This document shows positions 48,069 to 57,942 of a DNA stretch of 64,000 bases, in pieces. The stretch comes from Vulcanimicrobiota bacterium (GTDB lineage: Bacteria > Vulcanimicrobiota > Vulcanimicrobiia > Vulcanimicrobiales > Vulcanimicrobiaceae). Both the position numbers and the translations under genes were made by a program. The stretch is from the NCBI GenBank assembly GCA_963786105.1, contig CAWAXX010000007.1:10241-74240 (forward strand). The letters run 5' to 3'. Under the pieces are notes generated by a model. The model saw nothing but the letters and a program-made list of their open reading frames with translations. It made no database searches and had not been told where the DNA came from. The number at the start of each line of letters is the position of its first letter. Within the stretch, counting starts at the first letter, position 1.

Positions 48069-49265
48069 ATGGAACGGCGGAACTTCTTGTTGGCGCTGGG
48101 GGCGGCCGGCGTAACACCGGCGCTCATCGGCGCGAGCCCACCCGATGAAGGGGTCGAACCTCTAGGCGGCGCGCTGGTGCTCAGCGGCGGCGGCGCCCTC
48201 GGGGCATACGAAGCCGGCATCGTGAACGCCCTCGCGGCGTGGCGTGGAATCGGCGACGGCGCGCCGCTCGCCCCGTACGAGCTCGTTTGCGGCACTTCGA
48301 TCGGGGCGCTCAACGGGTGGTTCGTCGCTACCGGGCAGTACTCCAAGCTGCGCGAACTGTGGTACGGCGCCAGCGCCCAGAACCTCGTTCGTCCGAAAAC
48401 GCAGTTCGCCGCCGTCCGGGATCCGCAGAGCGGCCTCTTCAACCGAGCCGCCTCCGCCGTGAGCCTAATCGGCCTCACGAAAGACCAGAAAGGGCTGTTG
48501 CAAAGCCAACCGGTCTTCGATTGGATCGCCCGCAATATCGACCCGAACACGCCGCTGGTCATGCCGTTTGTTTGGGCGACGACGAACCTCACGCTACAGC
48601 GCCCCGAATACTTCTACTTGCGCCCCGCCGGCAAGAGCGCCGACCTGCCGAAGAAGGTCGAGCATGCGCTGAAGCTTTCCCTCGGGCCGCACACGATCGT
48701 GCGCGAGGCAACGCCGGACCTGCTGCACCGCGCCATCTTTGCGTCGGCGGCGCTTCCACTCGCATTCGATCCGGTCCTAATTCCCGATCCCGAGGGAACC
48801 GTGAACGCGTACTGCGACGGCGGCGTCGCGAGCAACTCGCCGGTCGGGATCGCTCACGCCATCTCGAAAGCAGCCGACGTCGTTCTTCTGGATCCGCCGT
48901 TCCAGGCGGATACCGATTACAAAGATGCCCTCGAGATCGCGTACGGCGTCTTTGGGACGATGCAGCGCAAGATTCTCGAAGTGGAGATGCGCAACACGTA
49001 CTTTCAGTCGATGGGGAAGCGCGCGTTCGCGCGTTTGACGGCGGCGGAGATCGAGCGCTCGACGGGCGGCATGCAACTAGTCGCGAAGTACATGCAGGCG
49101 ATTCCGGAAACCGATCTGCGATATATCCGGCCCGAAAAGGCGTTACCGCTCAGCGTCATCGGGTTCGACGACGAAGTGGGAATCGGTCAGGCATACCGGA
49201 TCGGCTGGGAAGACGTCGTGAACCGTGGGTTCTCGCCCTACGACTGGCAGACGTTCCAACTGTAA
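48069..49265 (+). CDS. Tat-exported patatin-like phospholipase
   Basis: Twin-arginine signal MERRNFLL; motifs GGGALG, GTSIG and DGG. Confidence 0.88.
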   Translation: MERRNFLLALGAAGVTPALIGASPPDEGVEPLGGALVLSGGGALGAYEAGIVNALAAWRGIGDGAPLAPYELVCGTSIGALNGWFVATGQYSKLRELWYGASAQNLVRPKTQFAAVRDPQSGLFNRAASAVSLIGLTKDQKGLLQSQPVFDWIARNIDPNTPLVMPFVWATTNLTLQRPEYFYLRPAGKSADLPKKVEHALKLSLGPHTIVREATPDLLHRAIFASAALPLAFDPVLIPDPEGTVNAYCDGGVASNSPVGIAHAISKAADVVLLDPPFQADTDYKDALEIAYGVFGTMQRKILEVEMRNTYFQSMGKRAFARLTAAEIERSTGGMQLVAKYMQAIPETDLRYIRPEKALPLSVIGFDDEVGIGQAYRIGWEDVVNRGFSPYDWQTFQL

Positions 49266-49268
49266 GCG

Positions 49269-49274
49269 TATAAT
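49269..49274 (+). promoter_or_regulatory. -10 box of a probable leaderless promoter
   Basis: A perfect TATAAT lies 7 nt before ATG 49282, with no SD. Confidence 0.5.
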
Positions 49275-49281
49275 GTCGTCT

Positions 49282-49800
49282 ATGCGTTATCTCGTGCTCG
49301 GAATGATCGTGCTGTTTTCCTTGGGCGACGGATGCTCCGCGCCGGCTGGAGTCGTCGGCGTGCAAGACTACGGCCAGGTAACGGGACGAGTGCTCGACGC
49401 GATGACGAACCGCCCGATTCCGGCCGCGCTGGTTTCCGTCGGGTCGCTCTACGCGAGTTCGGCCGACGCGCGCGGCGCGTTCGTCCTCGAGCGCGTGCCT
49501 GCGGGCGATCAGACCGTCACCGCGCGCGCCCCGGGATACGCGACGGCACAGGGAGACCTGACGGTCATCAAAGACCGCACGGAATCCGTCGGCTACCTGC
49601 GGTTGGTTCCGCTGGTGCACCCCGAAGGTCAAGCCACGCTCGCGCCGCCCCCGACGCCGGTGCCGCAGCCTTCGCCTTCAGCCACCGCGCCGGCAATGCA
49701 ACCTCCCGCGCCCGGCGTCGCCCCCACACCCGGCGGCCAGCCGTCGCTGCCGACGCCCACGAGCGTACCGAGCACCGTGCCGAGCGCAACGCCAACCTAG
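49282..49800 (+). CDS. Carboxypeptidase-regulatory-like domain lipoprotein with a Pro-rich tail
   Basis: Lipobox-like GDGC; GQVTGRVLDA...PIPAALV...VTARAPGY. Confidence 0.78.
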   Translation: MRYLVLGMIVLFSLGDGCSAPAGVVGVQDYGQVTGRVLDAMTNRPIPAALVSVGSLYASSADARGAFVLERVPAGDQTVTARAPGYATAQGDLTVIKDRTESVGYLRLVPLVHPEGQATLAPPPTPVPQPSPSATAPAMQPPAPGVAPTPGGQPSLPTPTSVPSTVPSATPT

Positions 49801-49876
49801 CCTTCCACGTGGTCATCAAGGAACGTCCGATTTATTCCAGATCGCGAAGGCGACGGTTGAAGTTTGCTGACCTTCC

Positions 49877-51466
49877 TCAAGTCAACCGCATGGCGGCGAG
49901 GTCGAGATCGTATTCGATCGAGCGAAAGATCGCATCGGGAATCTCGCCCGCTGCGCGCATCTGCATGATCGTGCGGCGCTCCGCTTCAAGCGCCGCTTTT
50001 TGCAAACGCCGATCCGCACGACTTTCGGCTGCTGCCTGCTTTTCGTCTTTGGCGACTTTACCGCGTAAAACGTTGATGCGTTGTTCGTACTCGTCGATGA
50101 TGCGCTCCGACAACTCGATTTCGGGGCCACCTTCGCGGCGCCGCCCCTCGTCCCGCAATCGCGCGATACCCGCCTCGAGCGCCCGAATGCGGAGCCGCGC
50201 TTCGCGCCGCTGACTCTTGCTCGCTTCCGTCATTCCCAGCCATTCGATCAACGGCCGCAGCGTTAATCCTTGCAGTAACAGGGTCGCGAACACCACGCAG
50301 ACGGTGAAGAAGATCGTGGGTCCACGCTGCGGGAACGGCTGATCGCCGAGGGTGTACGGGAGCGCGAGCGCGGCCGCCAGCGAAACGATTCCGCGCATTC
50401 CGGACCATCCGATAACCGCGACGGCACGCCAAGACGGGCTAGGGTCGTGCGCGCGTAACCGGTGGCTGAAAATGCGCGGGAGGTACGTCGCCGGGAAGAC
50501 CCATACGATGCGAACGACGATTACGAGGGCGACGAGCATCGCGCCGTACAGCGCATAGTCGCGTACGTGTGGTTGCAGCTCGGCAATAATTGCCGGAAGC
50601 TGCAACCCGATGAGCAAGAACGCGAACGCATTCAAGACGTAGGTGAGCACCCGCCACACGGCCGAGCCGATCAATCGCGTTTCGGAATCGATGAAAAGCC
50701 GGGAGCGCCAGCTCAGAACGATCCCGGAAGTAACGGCCGCCAGCACGCCGGACACGTGCAACGCTTCGGCGGGAAGATACGCGGCAAAGGGCGCGAGGAG
50801 AAACACGACGCTGGCGATGGTCGGATCGTCGAAGCCGAACTTGCGCATGTAGCGCAACACGCCCTCGAGTACCACGGCGGCGACGACCCCCAGCACGATG
50901 CCTCCGGTTCCGACGATTGCAAACGCCACGCTCGCGTGCGCCAGCGAGAACGCTCCGGACACCGCCGCCACCAGCGCGAACCGATAAAGCACGAGCGCGG
51001 TCGCATCGTTGACCAAACACTCGCCGATGATGATCGCGGCAATACGCCGGGGAATCGAGATGCGTTCGAAGATCGCCTCGGCGGCGACCGCGTCGGGCGG
51101 CGAAACGATCGCACCCAGCGTGAACGCCAGCGGCCACGTAAAGCCGGGTATGACCGCGTGGACGGCTACCGCCACCACGACCGTTGTGAAAATGACCAAG
51201 CCGAAGGCCAACAAGGAGATCGGTCGCCAATTCCTTCTCAACTCGAGCCAGTCGGTCGACCACGCCGCGCTGTAGAGCAACGGCGGCAAGACGACCAGCA
51301 AAACGATCTCCGGATCGAAGTGCGGATGCGGCAGATTGCGAGCGAACGCCAACGCTACGCCGCCGATGACGAACGAAATCGGAAACGGAACGTTGAGGCG
51401 CTTCGCGGCTATGCTCAGCACGACGACAGCGCTGAGGAAGGTGACGAGGATCAGCGCTTCGTTCAT
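49877..51466 (-). CDS. CPA1-family Na+/H+ antiporter
   Basis: LPPLLY, GAIVSPPDAVA, GECLVNDA, SGVLAAV and GMRGIVSLAAAL. Confidence 0.9.
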   Translation of the reverse strand: MNEALILVTFLSAVVVLSIAAKRLNVPFPISFVIGGVALAFARNLPHPHFDPEIVLLVVLPPLLYSAAWSTDWLELRRNWRPISLLAFGLVIFTTVVVAVAVHAVIPGFTWPLAFTLGAIVSPPDAVAAEAIFERISIPRRIAAIIIGECLVNDATALVLYRFALVAAVSGAFSLAHASVAFAIVGTGGIVLGVVAAVVLEGVLRYMRKFGFDDPTIASVVFLLAPFAAYLPAEALHVSGVLAAVTSGIVLSWRSRLFIDSETRLIGSAVWRVLTYVLNAFAFLLIGLQLPAIIAELQPHVRDYALYGAMLVALVIVVRIVWVFPATYLPRIFSHRLRAHDPSPSWRAVAVIGWSGMRGIVSLAAALALPYTLGDQPFPQRGPTIFFTVCVVFATLLLQGLTLRPLIEWLGMTEASKSQRREARLRIRALEAGIARLRDEGRRREGGPEIELSERIIDEYEQRINVLRGKVAKDEKQAAAESRADRRLQKAALEAERRTIMQMRAAGEIPDAIFRSIEYDLDLAAMRLT

Positions 51467-51480
51467 CGCAGATTCGCTTC

Positions 51481-52062
51481 TTAGGGTCCGATTGGTTCGC
51501 CGGCAGCGCGCAGATCGATGGCGAATCCGGCTACCACGAGGTACGCGTCGGCGGCACCTCGGGCCAATCGCTGCGCCATGCGTCCCATCGTGTCGCGAAA
51601 GAGCCGCGCGGAGACCGCAATTGGTACGACGTCCCAGCCGATTTGTTCGCTCACCGCAATGACGTGCGCCGGCGACGCCAGCAGGGCGTCGACGAACTCC
51701 GCCGCCTCGCGGTCGAGTTGTTCTTCGAGAACGGTGTAGTCGACCTCGAGCAACTCGATGCGCTCGCCGATGCGCGCCGCCAGCCACGTGCCCAGCGCGT
51801 CGACCAGTAAACACGTATCGCTAGCGGCGTCGCGAAATAGGGCAAGTTGAGCGTCGTGCGTCATCGCGGCGGTTTCGACCGTGCGCCACGACGCCGGACG
51901 GTCCCGCAGGTGCCGCGTCAGCCGCGAGTGCCACTCGGCATCGTCGGGCTCGTGAGCGGCGGTCGCGACGTAGGTTACCTCGAGACCGCTCTCGCGCGCG
52001 AGTTTCACCCCAAACGCGCTCTTTCCCGAACGCACGGGACCGGTAACGAATACGACTGCCAT
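51481..52062 (-). CDS. cobU: Adenosylcobinamide kinase / cobinamide-phosphate guanylyltransferase
   Basis: GPVRSGKS, YVATA, RHLRDRPASWRTVE, SEQIGWDVVP, RLFRD and VVAG. Confidence 0.9.
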   Translation of the reverse strand: MAVVFVTGPVRSGKSAFGVKLARESGLEVTYVATAAHEPDDAEWHSRLTRHLRDRPASWRTVETAAMTHDAQLALFRDAASDTCLLVDALGTWLAARIGERIELLEVDYTVLEEQLDREAAEFVDALLASPAHVIAVSEQIGWDVVPIAVSARLFRDTMGRMAQRLARGAADAYLVVAGFAIDLRAAGEPIGP

Positions 52063-52122
52063 CTGCGAACGTTCCATTCGACTCCGAACGGCTTCGCGTC
52101 CCGCCTCGTCGAAATGGGCTTT

Positions 52123-53196
52123 ATGGCGGCCAACGTTCTGAGCGTCGCGATCGGAGCAGCGCTCGTCTTGCTCACGATGAACGACGTTTTTCAATCCGTA
52201 ATCGTTCCGCGCGCGGTCGGCCGGCACTATCGGATCAGTTATTACGCGTGGCGGGGAGCGTGGACGCTGTGGCCGGCTTTGGCGTGGAAAGTGTCGGCCG
52301 GCGACGACGAGCGGCGAGAGGACCTGCTCGCGTACTTTGCCCCAGGCATGCTCATCGCGCTGCTGGCGATGTGGAGCGCGTTGCTCATCCTGGGCTACGG
52401 CACGATACTCTGGGGGTTGCGCGCCGGCCTTTCACCGGCCGTGCATTCGTACGGCACCGCGGCATACTTTGCCGGAACGTCGCTGACCACGATCGGCTTC
52501 GGCGACTTTGCCGGACGAACCGCCGGCACGCGCTTCTTCTCGATCGTCGCGGGAGCGAGCGGGCTCTCGCTCTTCGCAATCCTCACCGCTTATTTGTTCG
52601 CGTTGTTCGGCTCGTTTCAAGCGCGCGAAACCTTCGTCGTCATGGTCGGGGCGCGCACCGGAACGCCGCCGAGCGGCGTCGATTTGCTGGCAATCGCCGG
52701 CTACACGCAGACCGTCGGGAACTTGGACGGTCTGCTGCGGGACGCACAGCGTTGGGTGGCGCAAGTGATGGAAAGCCATCTCGCGTACCCAGTGCTGGCG
52801 TACTTTCGTTCGAGCCACGATTACCAGTCGTGGATAGGGACGCTCGGCACGCTGCTCGATGCGGCCACCCTGACGATGACGACGATCGACGGCGTCAGCA
52901 ACGGCGAAGCGAGAATTTTTTACAACATCGGACGTCACGCAGCCCACGACCTCACCAAATACCTCGGCGTCGTTCGCGAGGTGACGTCGGCCGGCCTCGA
53001 ACGTGACGAGTTCGAAAGCGCCTGCGATCGCCTAATTCACGCCGGCTACCGCTTGTACGATCGCAACGCCTCTTGGGAGCGCTTTGCGTCGATGCGCGCC
53101 ACCTACGCGCCGCAGCTCAACTCGCTCGCACGCTTTTTCGTCATCCCGCCGCTCCAGTGGATCGGCGACCGAGGACCCGTCACCGGGCCTCATTAG
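52123..53196 (+). CDS. Potassium channel family protein
   Basis: Pore motif SLTTIGFGD between TM helices; ESHLAYPVLAYFRS. Confidence 0.85.
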   Translation: MAANVLSVAIGAALVLLTMNDVFQSVIVPRAVGRHYRISYYAWRGAWTLWPALAWKVSAGDDERREDLLAYFAPGMLIALLAMWSALLILGYGTILWGLRAGLSPAVHSYGTAAYFAGTSLTTIGFGDFAGRTAGTRFFSIVAGASGLSLFAILTAYLFALFGSFQARETFVVMVGARTGTPPSGVDLLAIAGYTQTVGNLDGLLRDAQRWVAQVMESHLAYPVLAYFRSSHDYQSWIGTLGTLLDAATLTMTTIDGVSNGEARIFYNIGRHAAHDLTKYLGVVREVTSAGLERDEFESACDRLIHAGYRLYDRNASWERFASMRATYAPQLNSLARFFVIPPLQWIGDRGPVTGPH

Positions 53197-53197
53197 C

Positions 53198-53896
53198 CTA
53201 GAAGCCGTGGGTCATGTCTACGCGGTGAAGGAACGTTTTGGCGTCGTCGATCGGAACCGCGAAACCGATGCTCGGTTCCGATTCGAAGCGCGAGTCGGCG
53301 ATCCCGAACACGTCACCGGTGTCCGCGAAAAACACGGGCGCGCCGCTCTCTCCCGGAACGATCGACGTGGTCAGCTCGAGCGCGTCTTTACGAATCGACG
53401 AGAGCAGTCCGGCGTCGAGCGACGTCGTCAAGCCGAGGCCTTCGTCGGCGAATTCATCGGGAACCGGATACCCGAGCAAAGCGACTTGGCGACCGATCTC
53501 GGACTGGAGATGCGCCGACGTTCCCAGCGGAACGACCGGCAAGTTCGGACGCTGCGTCCGTACCAGTGCGAGGTCGAGATCGGCGTTAGCCGCAACTACC
53601 CGGGCCGGCGAGCGTTTGCGGTTGCCCACGGTGACCGAGAGGTCCCACGCGCCGTCGATGGCGTGCTGCACGGTTAGAACGTCGCTGCCCCAGTCGCCCG
53701 ATGCTATCACGAACCCGGTAGCGTAGGCCTCGTCGTACCGGTCTTTCTTGTGTTCGGGCGGGACCTTCATCCCGAGCAGTACGACCGAGGGCGTCAACCG
53801 TTTCGCCGATGCGACCAGCGCATCGTCGCTACTGCGCGCGCACGCGCTCGACGACACGATCATCGCCACCAGGGCTGCCACGACGCGGCGATTCAT
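53198..53896 (-). CDS. Trypsin-like (S1C) serine protease lipoprotein without a PDZ domain
   Basis: ATGFVI, LTVQH, DLDLALV, PGESGAPV and IGFAVP. Confidence 0.85.
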   Translation of the reverse strand: MNRRVVAALVAMIVSSSACARSSDDALVASAKRLTPSVVLLGMKVPPEHKKDRYDEAYATGFVIASGDWGSDVLTVQHAIDGAWDLSVTVGNRKRSPARVVAANADLDLALVRTQRPNLPVVPLGTSAHLQSEIGRQVALLGYPVPDEFADEGLGLTTSLDAGLLSSIRKDALELTTSIVPGESGAPVFFADTGDVFGIADSRFESEPSIGFAVPIDDAKTFLHRVDMTHGF

Positions 53897-54984
53897 TCGC
53901 GCGCTGCGAAGCGTTCGGCGAGAGCGCCACGCAGCGCGTCGAGCCCAACCCCGGTAACGGCGCTGACGAGCGTGCTGCCGTTTCCATTGGGCACGGAAGC
54001 GGCGACCAGGTCGCACTTGTTGAAAACCATCAGGCGCGGTTTGCGGTCGAGATCGAGTTCGTGCAGAAGTCCCTCAACCGCTAGACGTTGACGCGGCCAA
54101 TCGGGGTTACTTGCATCGAGCACGTGAACGAGCAAATCGGCCTCGCGCAACTCTTCCAGGGTAGCGCGAAAAGCATTCATGAGATCCTTCGGCAAGTCGG
54201 TAATGAAGCCGACGGTGTCGGCGACGCGCGCGTACGTGCGCGGTCCGAGATAGGCGCGGCGAACGGTGGGGTCGAGCGTCGCAAAGGGCTGATCGGCAAC
54301 GAAGGCGTCGCTGCGAGCGAGGGCGTTGAGCAGCGACGACTTGCCGACGTTCGTGTAACCGACCAGCGCGATCAGCGGTTCGCGATGCGGAGCCGATCGC
54401 CGAACGGCGCGCTGCCTGCGAACGTCGGCGAGCTGCCGGTTGAGCGCGCTTACCCGCTGCTGGATGCGCCGGCGATCGACCTCGAGTTTGGTTTCACCGG
54501 GGCCTCTGGTTCCGATTCCGCCGCCCAACCGCGAGAGGTCGGCCCCGATGCCGATCAAGTTCGACTGCCTGTACCGCAGTTGCGCTAGCTCGACTTGGAG
54601 TTTGCCTTCACGGCTGCGTGCGTGGCGCGCGAATACGTCGAGGATCAACATCGTGCGGTCGACGATGGGAATCGTCACGATCTTCTCGAGATTCTTGCGC
54701 TGACGCGGCCGCAAGTCGTTCAAGATCAGCAGCAGGCCGGCGCCGAGCTCTTTCGCACGCTCGGCAATCTCGCGCGCCTTGCCGCTGCCGACCAAGGTCG
54801 CCGGATCGACGGCATCGCGCCGCTGCACGACGCGATCCACGACGCGCGCGCCGGCGGCTTCCGCCAGCGCTTCGAACTCCGCCAACTGGGGTTCGAGCTG
54901 CGGCTGCAGATCCGGCGTTTCGACGGCGACGACGAGCGCGCGAGCGACTACGTCGCGAGCGGCGTCAAGCGTTCGACGAGCCAG
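53893..54984 (-). CDS. hflX: Ribosome-splitting GTPase HflX (start uncertain, CTG proposed)
   Basis: GSGK, EGKLQVELAQL, GGGIGTRGPGE, GYTNVGKSSL, FATLDPT, DTVGFI and NKCD. Confidence 0.93.
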   Translation of the reverse strand: MARRTLDAARDVVARALVVAVETPDLQPQLEPQLAEFEALAEAAGARVVDRVVQRRDAVDPATLVGSGKAREIAERAKELGAGLLLILNDLRPRQRKNLEKIVTIPIVDRTMLILDVFARHARSREGKLQVELAQLRYRQSNLIGIGADLSRLGGGIGTRGPGETKLEVDRRRIQQRVSALNRQLADVRRQRAVRRSAPHREPLIALVGYTNVGKSSLLNALARSDAFVADQPFATLDPTVRRAYLGPRTYARVADTVGFITDLPKDLMNAFRATLEELREADLLVHVLDASNPDWPRQRLAVEGLLHELDLDRKPRLMVFNKCDLVAASVPNGNGSTLVSAVTGVGLDALRGALAERFAARE

Positions 54985-55790
54985 CGGATTCCCTCGTTGT
55001 ACTGCGGTCCAGGGCGCTCGATGATGGCGGCCGGAACGACCGTGTAGACGTGATGGAGCCGGACGGCGCGCAGACTGCGCCACGGCTCGCGATCGATCGC
55101 CGCATCCAAACGAATGGCGGGATCGGTGACCAGAACGTCGGGCTGCGACCGCAGAAGCGCTTCGGCGCTGTACTGGCCGTACGCGGCATGTAAGTCGGCG
55201 GCGGCATTCTTGCCTCCAGCCAACGCGATGAGGCTGGCGATGTAAGAGGCCGAGCCCGCCGTCCAAATCGGCCCGCTGCCGAGCACGACGAAGACCGACG
55301 GTTCGCGCACGAACGCGCGAGTGCGTGCGTGCAACTGCATCGTCGTGCGCTGAAGGTACGCGATAGCAGCGGACGCCTCCGCACGATGTCCCGACAGCGC
55401 GCCGATCGCTTGCAAGTTCGTGAAGATGTCCGCGAACGCATCGTCGTGCAGCAGCACGACGTCGATGCCTGCACGGCGCAACGGATCGACCAAACGCGCC
55501 TGCGATGCGATGCCGATGGCGACGTCGGGACGCAGCGCCACGATGCGCTCGGCATCGACGCTAGTAAAATCGGCGACTCGCGGAAGGGTGCGCGCACGGG
55601 GATCGTCCGTAAACGACGACACCGCAACGAGCTGCGGCCCCGCACCGATCGCGTAAAGGTCGTCCGCCACGAACGGCATCATTGCGACGATTCGCGCGTG
55701 CGCGCTGCCGGTGGCATTTTGCGACGTCCGCGGCGCCGCGCACGCTGCCAACAGCGCCGCCGACAGGAGCATCGCCAAGAAACCTTTCAC
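54948..55790 (-). CDS. btuF: Cobalamin ABC transporter substrate-binding lipoprotein
   Basis: Lipobox LAAC; RIVAMMP, ERIVALRPD and ERPGP; divergent from the B12 riboswitch. Confidence 0.82.
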   Translation of the reverse strand: MKGFLAMLLSAALLAACAAPRTSQNATGSAHARIVAMMPFVADDLYAIGAGPQLVAVSSFTDDPRARTLPRVADFTSVDAERIVALRPDVAIGIASQARLVDPLRRAGIDVVLLHDDAFADIFTNLQAIGALSGHRAEASAAIAYLQRTTMQLHARTRAFVREPSVFVVLGSGPIWTAGSASYIASLIALAGGKNAAADLHAAYGQYSAEALLRSQPDVLVTDPAIRLDAAIDREPWRSLRAVRLHHVYTVVPAAIIERPGPQYNEGIRWLVERLTPLAT

Positions 55791-55829
55791 GGGGCGGGCC
55801 TTCCGTTACCCAGGAAGGCGCGCCTGCCG

Positions 55830-55990
55830 CTGCCAATGGTCGCTCCCTAAGGTTTGCGCGCGGGAAGCCGGTTCGAAGCCGGCACGGTCGCGCCACTGTA
55901 AGCGGGGAGCCGCCCGACGCCACTGTCCGAGCAGGACGGGAAGGTCAGGGCACGAGGCAACGATCCGCGAGTCAGGATACCGTCGCAAAC
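55830..55990 (+). ncRNA. Cobalamin riboswitch
   Basis: Conserved elements in order: aatGGT...cGGGAAgccggt...aagccggcacggtcgcgCCACTGTAA...GCCACTG...GGGAAGG...gAGTCAGGA, upstream of btuB. Confidence 0.92.
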
Positions 55991-56031
55991 CGCACTGCAT
56001 CTTTCGCCTCGCGTAAAGGGAAGGGATTGCG

Positions 56032-57942
56032 ATGGTATCACTCATTGCGGCAGCCGTCGCGGCGATTGTCGCTTCGCCGACGCCGGCGCCTTCGGCGTCG
56101 CCGGTTCCCGAAATCGCGCACGTCGTCACCAGCGATCGGTCCGACGAAGCGCTCACGCGGGCAACGCGCGTCACTTACGTGGTGACGAAGGAGCAAATTC
56201 TCCGTAACGGCTATCGCACCGTCGGCGACGCGATCGGTGGGGTAACGGGCGTGGAGCTACAGCGCTACGGCGCGATCGGCTCAAACGACTCGTATGGAAT
56301 TCGCGGCAGTAGCTCGGCGCAAGTGTTGGTGCTCGTCGATGGCATGCCGGCACCCGGATCGTTTGCCAATAGCGTCAACTTGGGGACCTTTTCAACCGCA
56401 GGCGTCGAGCGCGTCGAGATCGTCGAGGGCGGCGGTTCGACGTTATACGGAACCGGCGCGGTCGGCGGCGTCATTAATATCATTACCGATCGCCAAGCGC
56501 AAACTGCTGGAACGCTGCGCTGGGGGAGTTTTGGAGATCGCCAGCTGCAAATCGCTGCCTCCGGCTTTTCATTTGAGCGCATCGCCGCCGCCAACGCGTA
56601 TCCGCTTCCCGCCTACAGCGTCGCCGGAGTCGCGCCGCCGACGGCGCGCGAAAACAGCGACTACGAATCGACGACGTTGCGCTACGGAGCGCAGCGCTCG
56701 TTGGGCGCCGTCGAAGCGGACCTCAGCCTCGGCATCGACTCCAGCCACGGCGGCGAGCCGGGGTTCTATCCGTACGTCTCCAGCACCAGCCGGCAAGACG
56801 AAGTCGACAAGGACGGCGTGATTACGCTGCGGGCGCACGGTCGCCGCTCGACTACGACCCTTCAGCTCGGGGGCACGCAACAGCAACTGGCTTTCAGCTG
56901 CGATCAGACCGTCGACGCCTCGTGCTTTCAGCCGTCGCCGTCGCTCAGCCTGGAATCGCGCGTCGGGATCGACCTGCGTAACGCCGTGGACGCCGGGTCG
57001 CAGCGACTCGTGTACGGAATCGATCTTTCGCGCGGAACGGTGATGACCAACACGGGCGGCGCACTCGTGCCGGTCGCGCCGAGTGCGACACCGCCGCCGC
57101 CGATCAGCAGCGCCGCGCTAGCCCAGACGGCTGCATACGTTGAAGACGTTGCCGACCTCAGCCGAACGCTGCGGGCGTACGCGGGGATCCGAGCCGAGCG
57201 TGACGGTGCGCTCGGCGGCGAGGTTTCGCCGTCCCTGGGATTCGAAGCCAGCCTTTCCCACACCGCGACGGTGAAAGTCAACTATGCGAACGCGTTTCGC
57301 GCCCCCAACGCCAGCGAGCTCTACTATCCCGGCTACGGCAATCCACTTCTGCATCCCGAACGCGCTCACGTCGGCGACGTCACGCTCGCGGACTCGAGCG
57401 TGCTCGGCGGTGCCTCGCTCGGATGGTTTACGAATCGTACGAACGATCTGATCGTACCGGTGCTCGTGAACGCTTATCCGAAGCAGTACGTTTATATTTA
57501 CGCACCCGAAAACATCGATCACGCGCTGATGCAGGGCTTTACATTCGACCTCAAGACGCGGCCGTATCGCGGCATCAGCCTGGTTTTAAACGCCACCGAT
57601 CTCTATACGGCGCTCGATCTGAGCAACGACTCGCGCTTGCCCAACGACGCCGTTTTCACGGTAAACCTGGGCGTGCTAATCGCCGCCGCGCCGAAGGGAG
57701 CCTTTGGCGGCGCAGGCATCACCGAGCGGCTGGTCGGAAGTCGCGGCCCGGTCGACCCCTCGCAGCCACTCTTCTTTCAACCGGCAGCGTATGCAAATCT
57801 CGGCGCGTTCGTCGACGTGCGTCTCGACCGGCGGCTGGACTTGTTCGTGCGCGGATACAATCTCGGAGACGAACGCTACGCCGACGTTGCCGGATACCCG
57901 TTGCCGGGACGCGCGTTTGCGCTGGAGCTGCGGGCGAGGTGA
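56032..57942 (+). CDS. btuB: TonB-dependent cobalamin receptor
   Basis: Plug domain (IRGSSSAQVLVLVDG, VERVEIVEGGGSTLYG...GGVINIIT), FRAPNASELY and YPLPGR; downstream of the B12 riboswitch. Confidence 0.85.
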   Translation: MVSLIAAAVAAIVASPTPAPSASPVPEIAHVVTSDRSDEALTRATRVTYVVTKEQILRNGYRTVGDAIGGVTGVELQRYGAIGSNDSYGIRGSSSAQVLVLVDGMPAPGSFANSVNLGTFSTAGVERVEIVEGGGSTLYGTGAVGGVINIITDRQAQTAGTLRWGSFGDRQLQIAASGFSFERIAAANAYPLPAYSVAGVAPPTARENSDYESTTLRYGAQRSLGAVEADLSLGIDSSHGGEPGFYPYVSSTSRQDEVDKDGVITLRAHGRRSTTTLQLGGTQQQLAFSCDQTVDASCFQPSPSLSLESRVGIDLRNAVDAGSQRLVYGIDLSRGTVMTNTGGALVPVAPSATPPPPISSAALAQTAAYVEDVADLSRTLRAYAGIRAERDGALGGEVSPSLGFEASLSHTATVKVNYANAFRAPNASELYYPGYGNPLLHPERAHVGDVTLADSSVLGGASLGWFTNRTNDLIVPVLVNAYPKQYVYIYAPENIDHALMQGFTFDLKTRPYRGISLVLNATDLYTALDLSNDSRLPNDAVFTVNLGVLIAAAPKGAFGGAGITERLVGSRGPVDPSQPLFFQPAAYANLGAFVDVRLDRRLDLFVRGYNLGDERYADVAGYPLPGRAFALELRAR

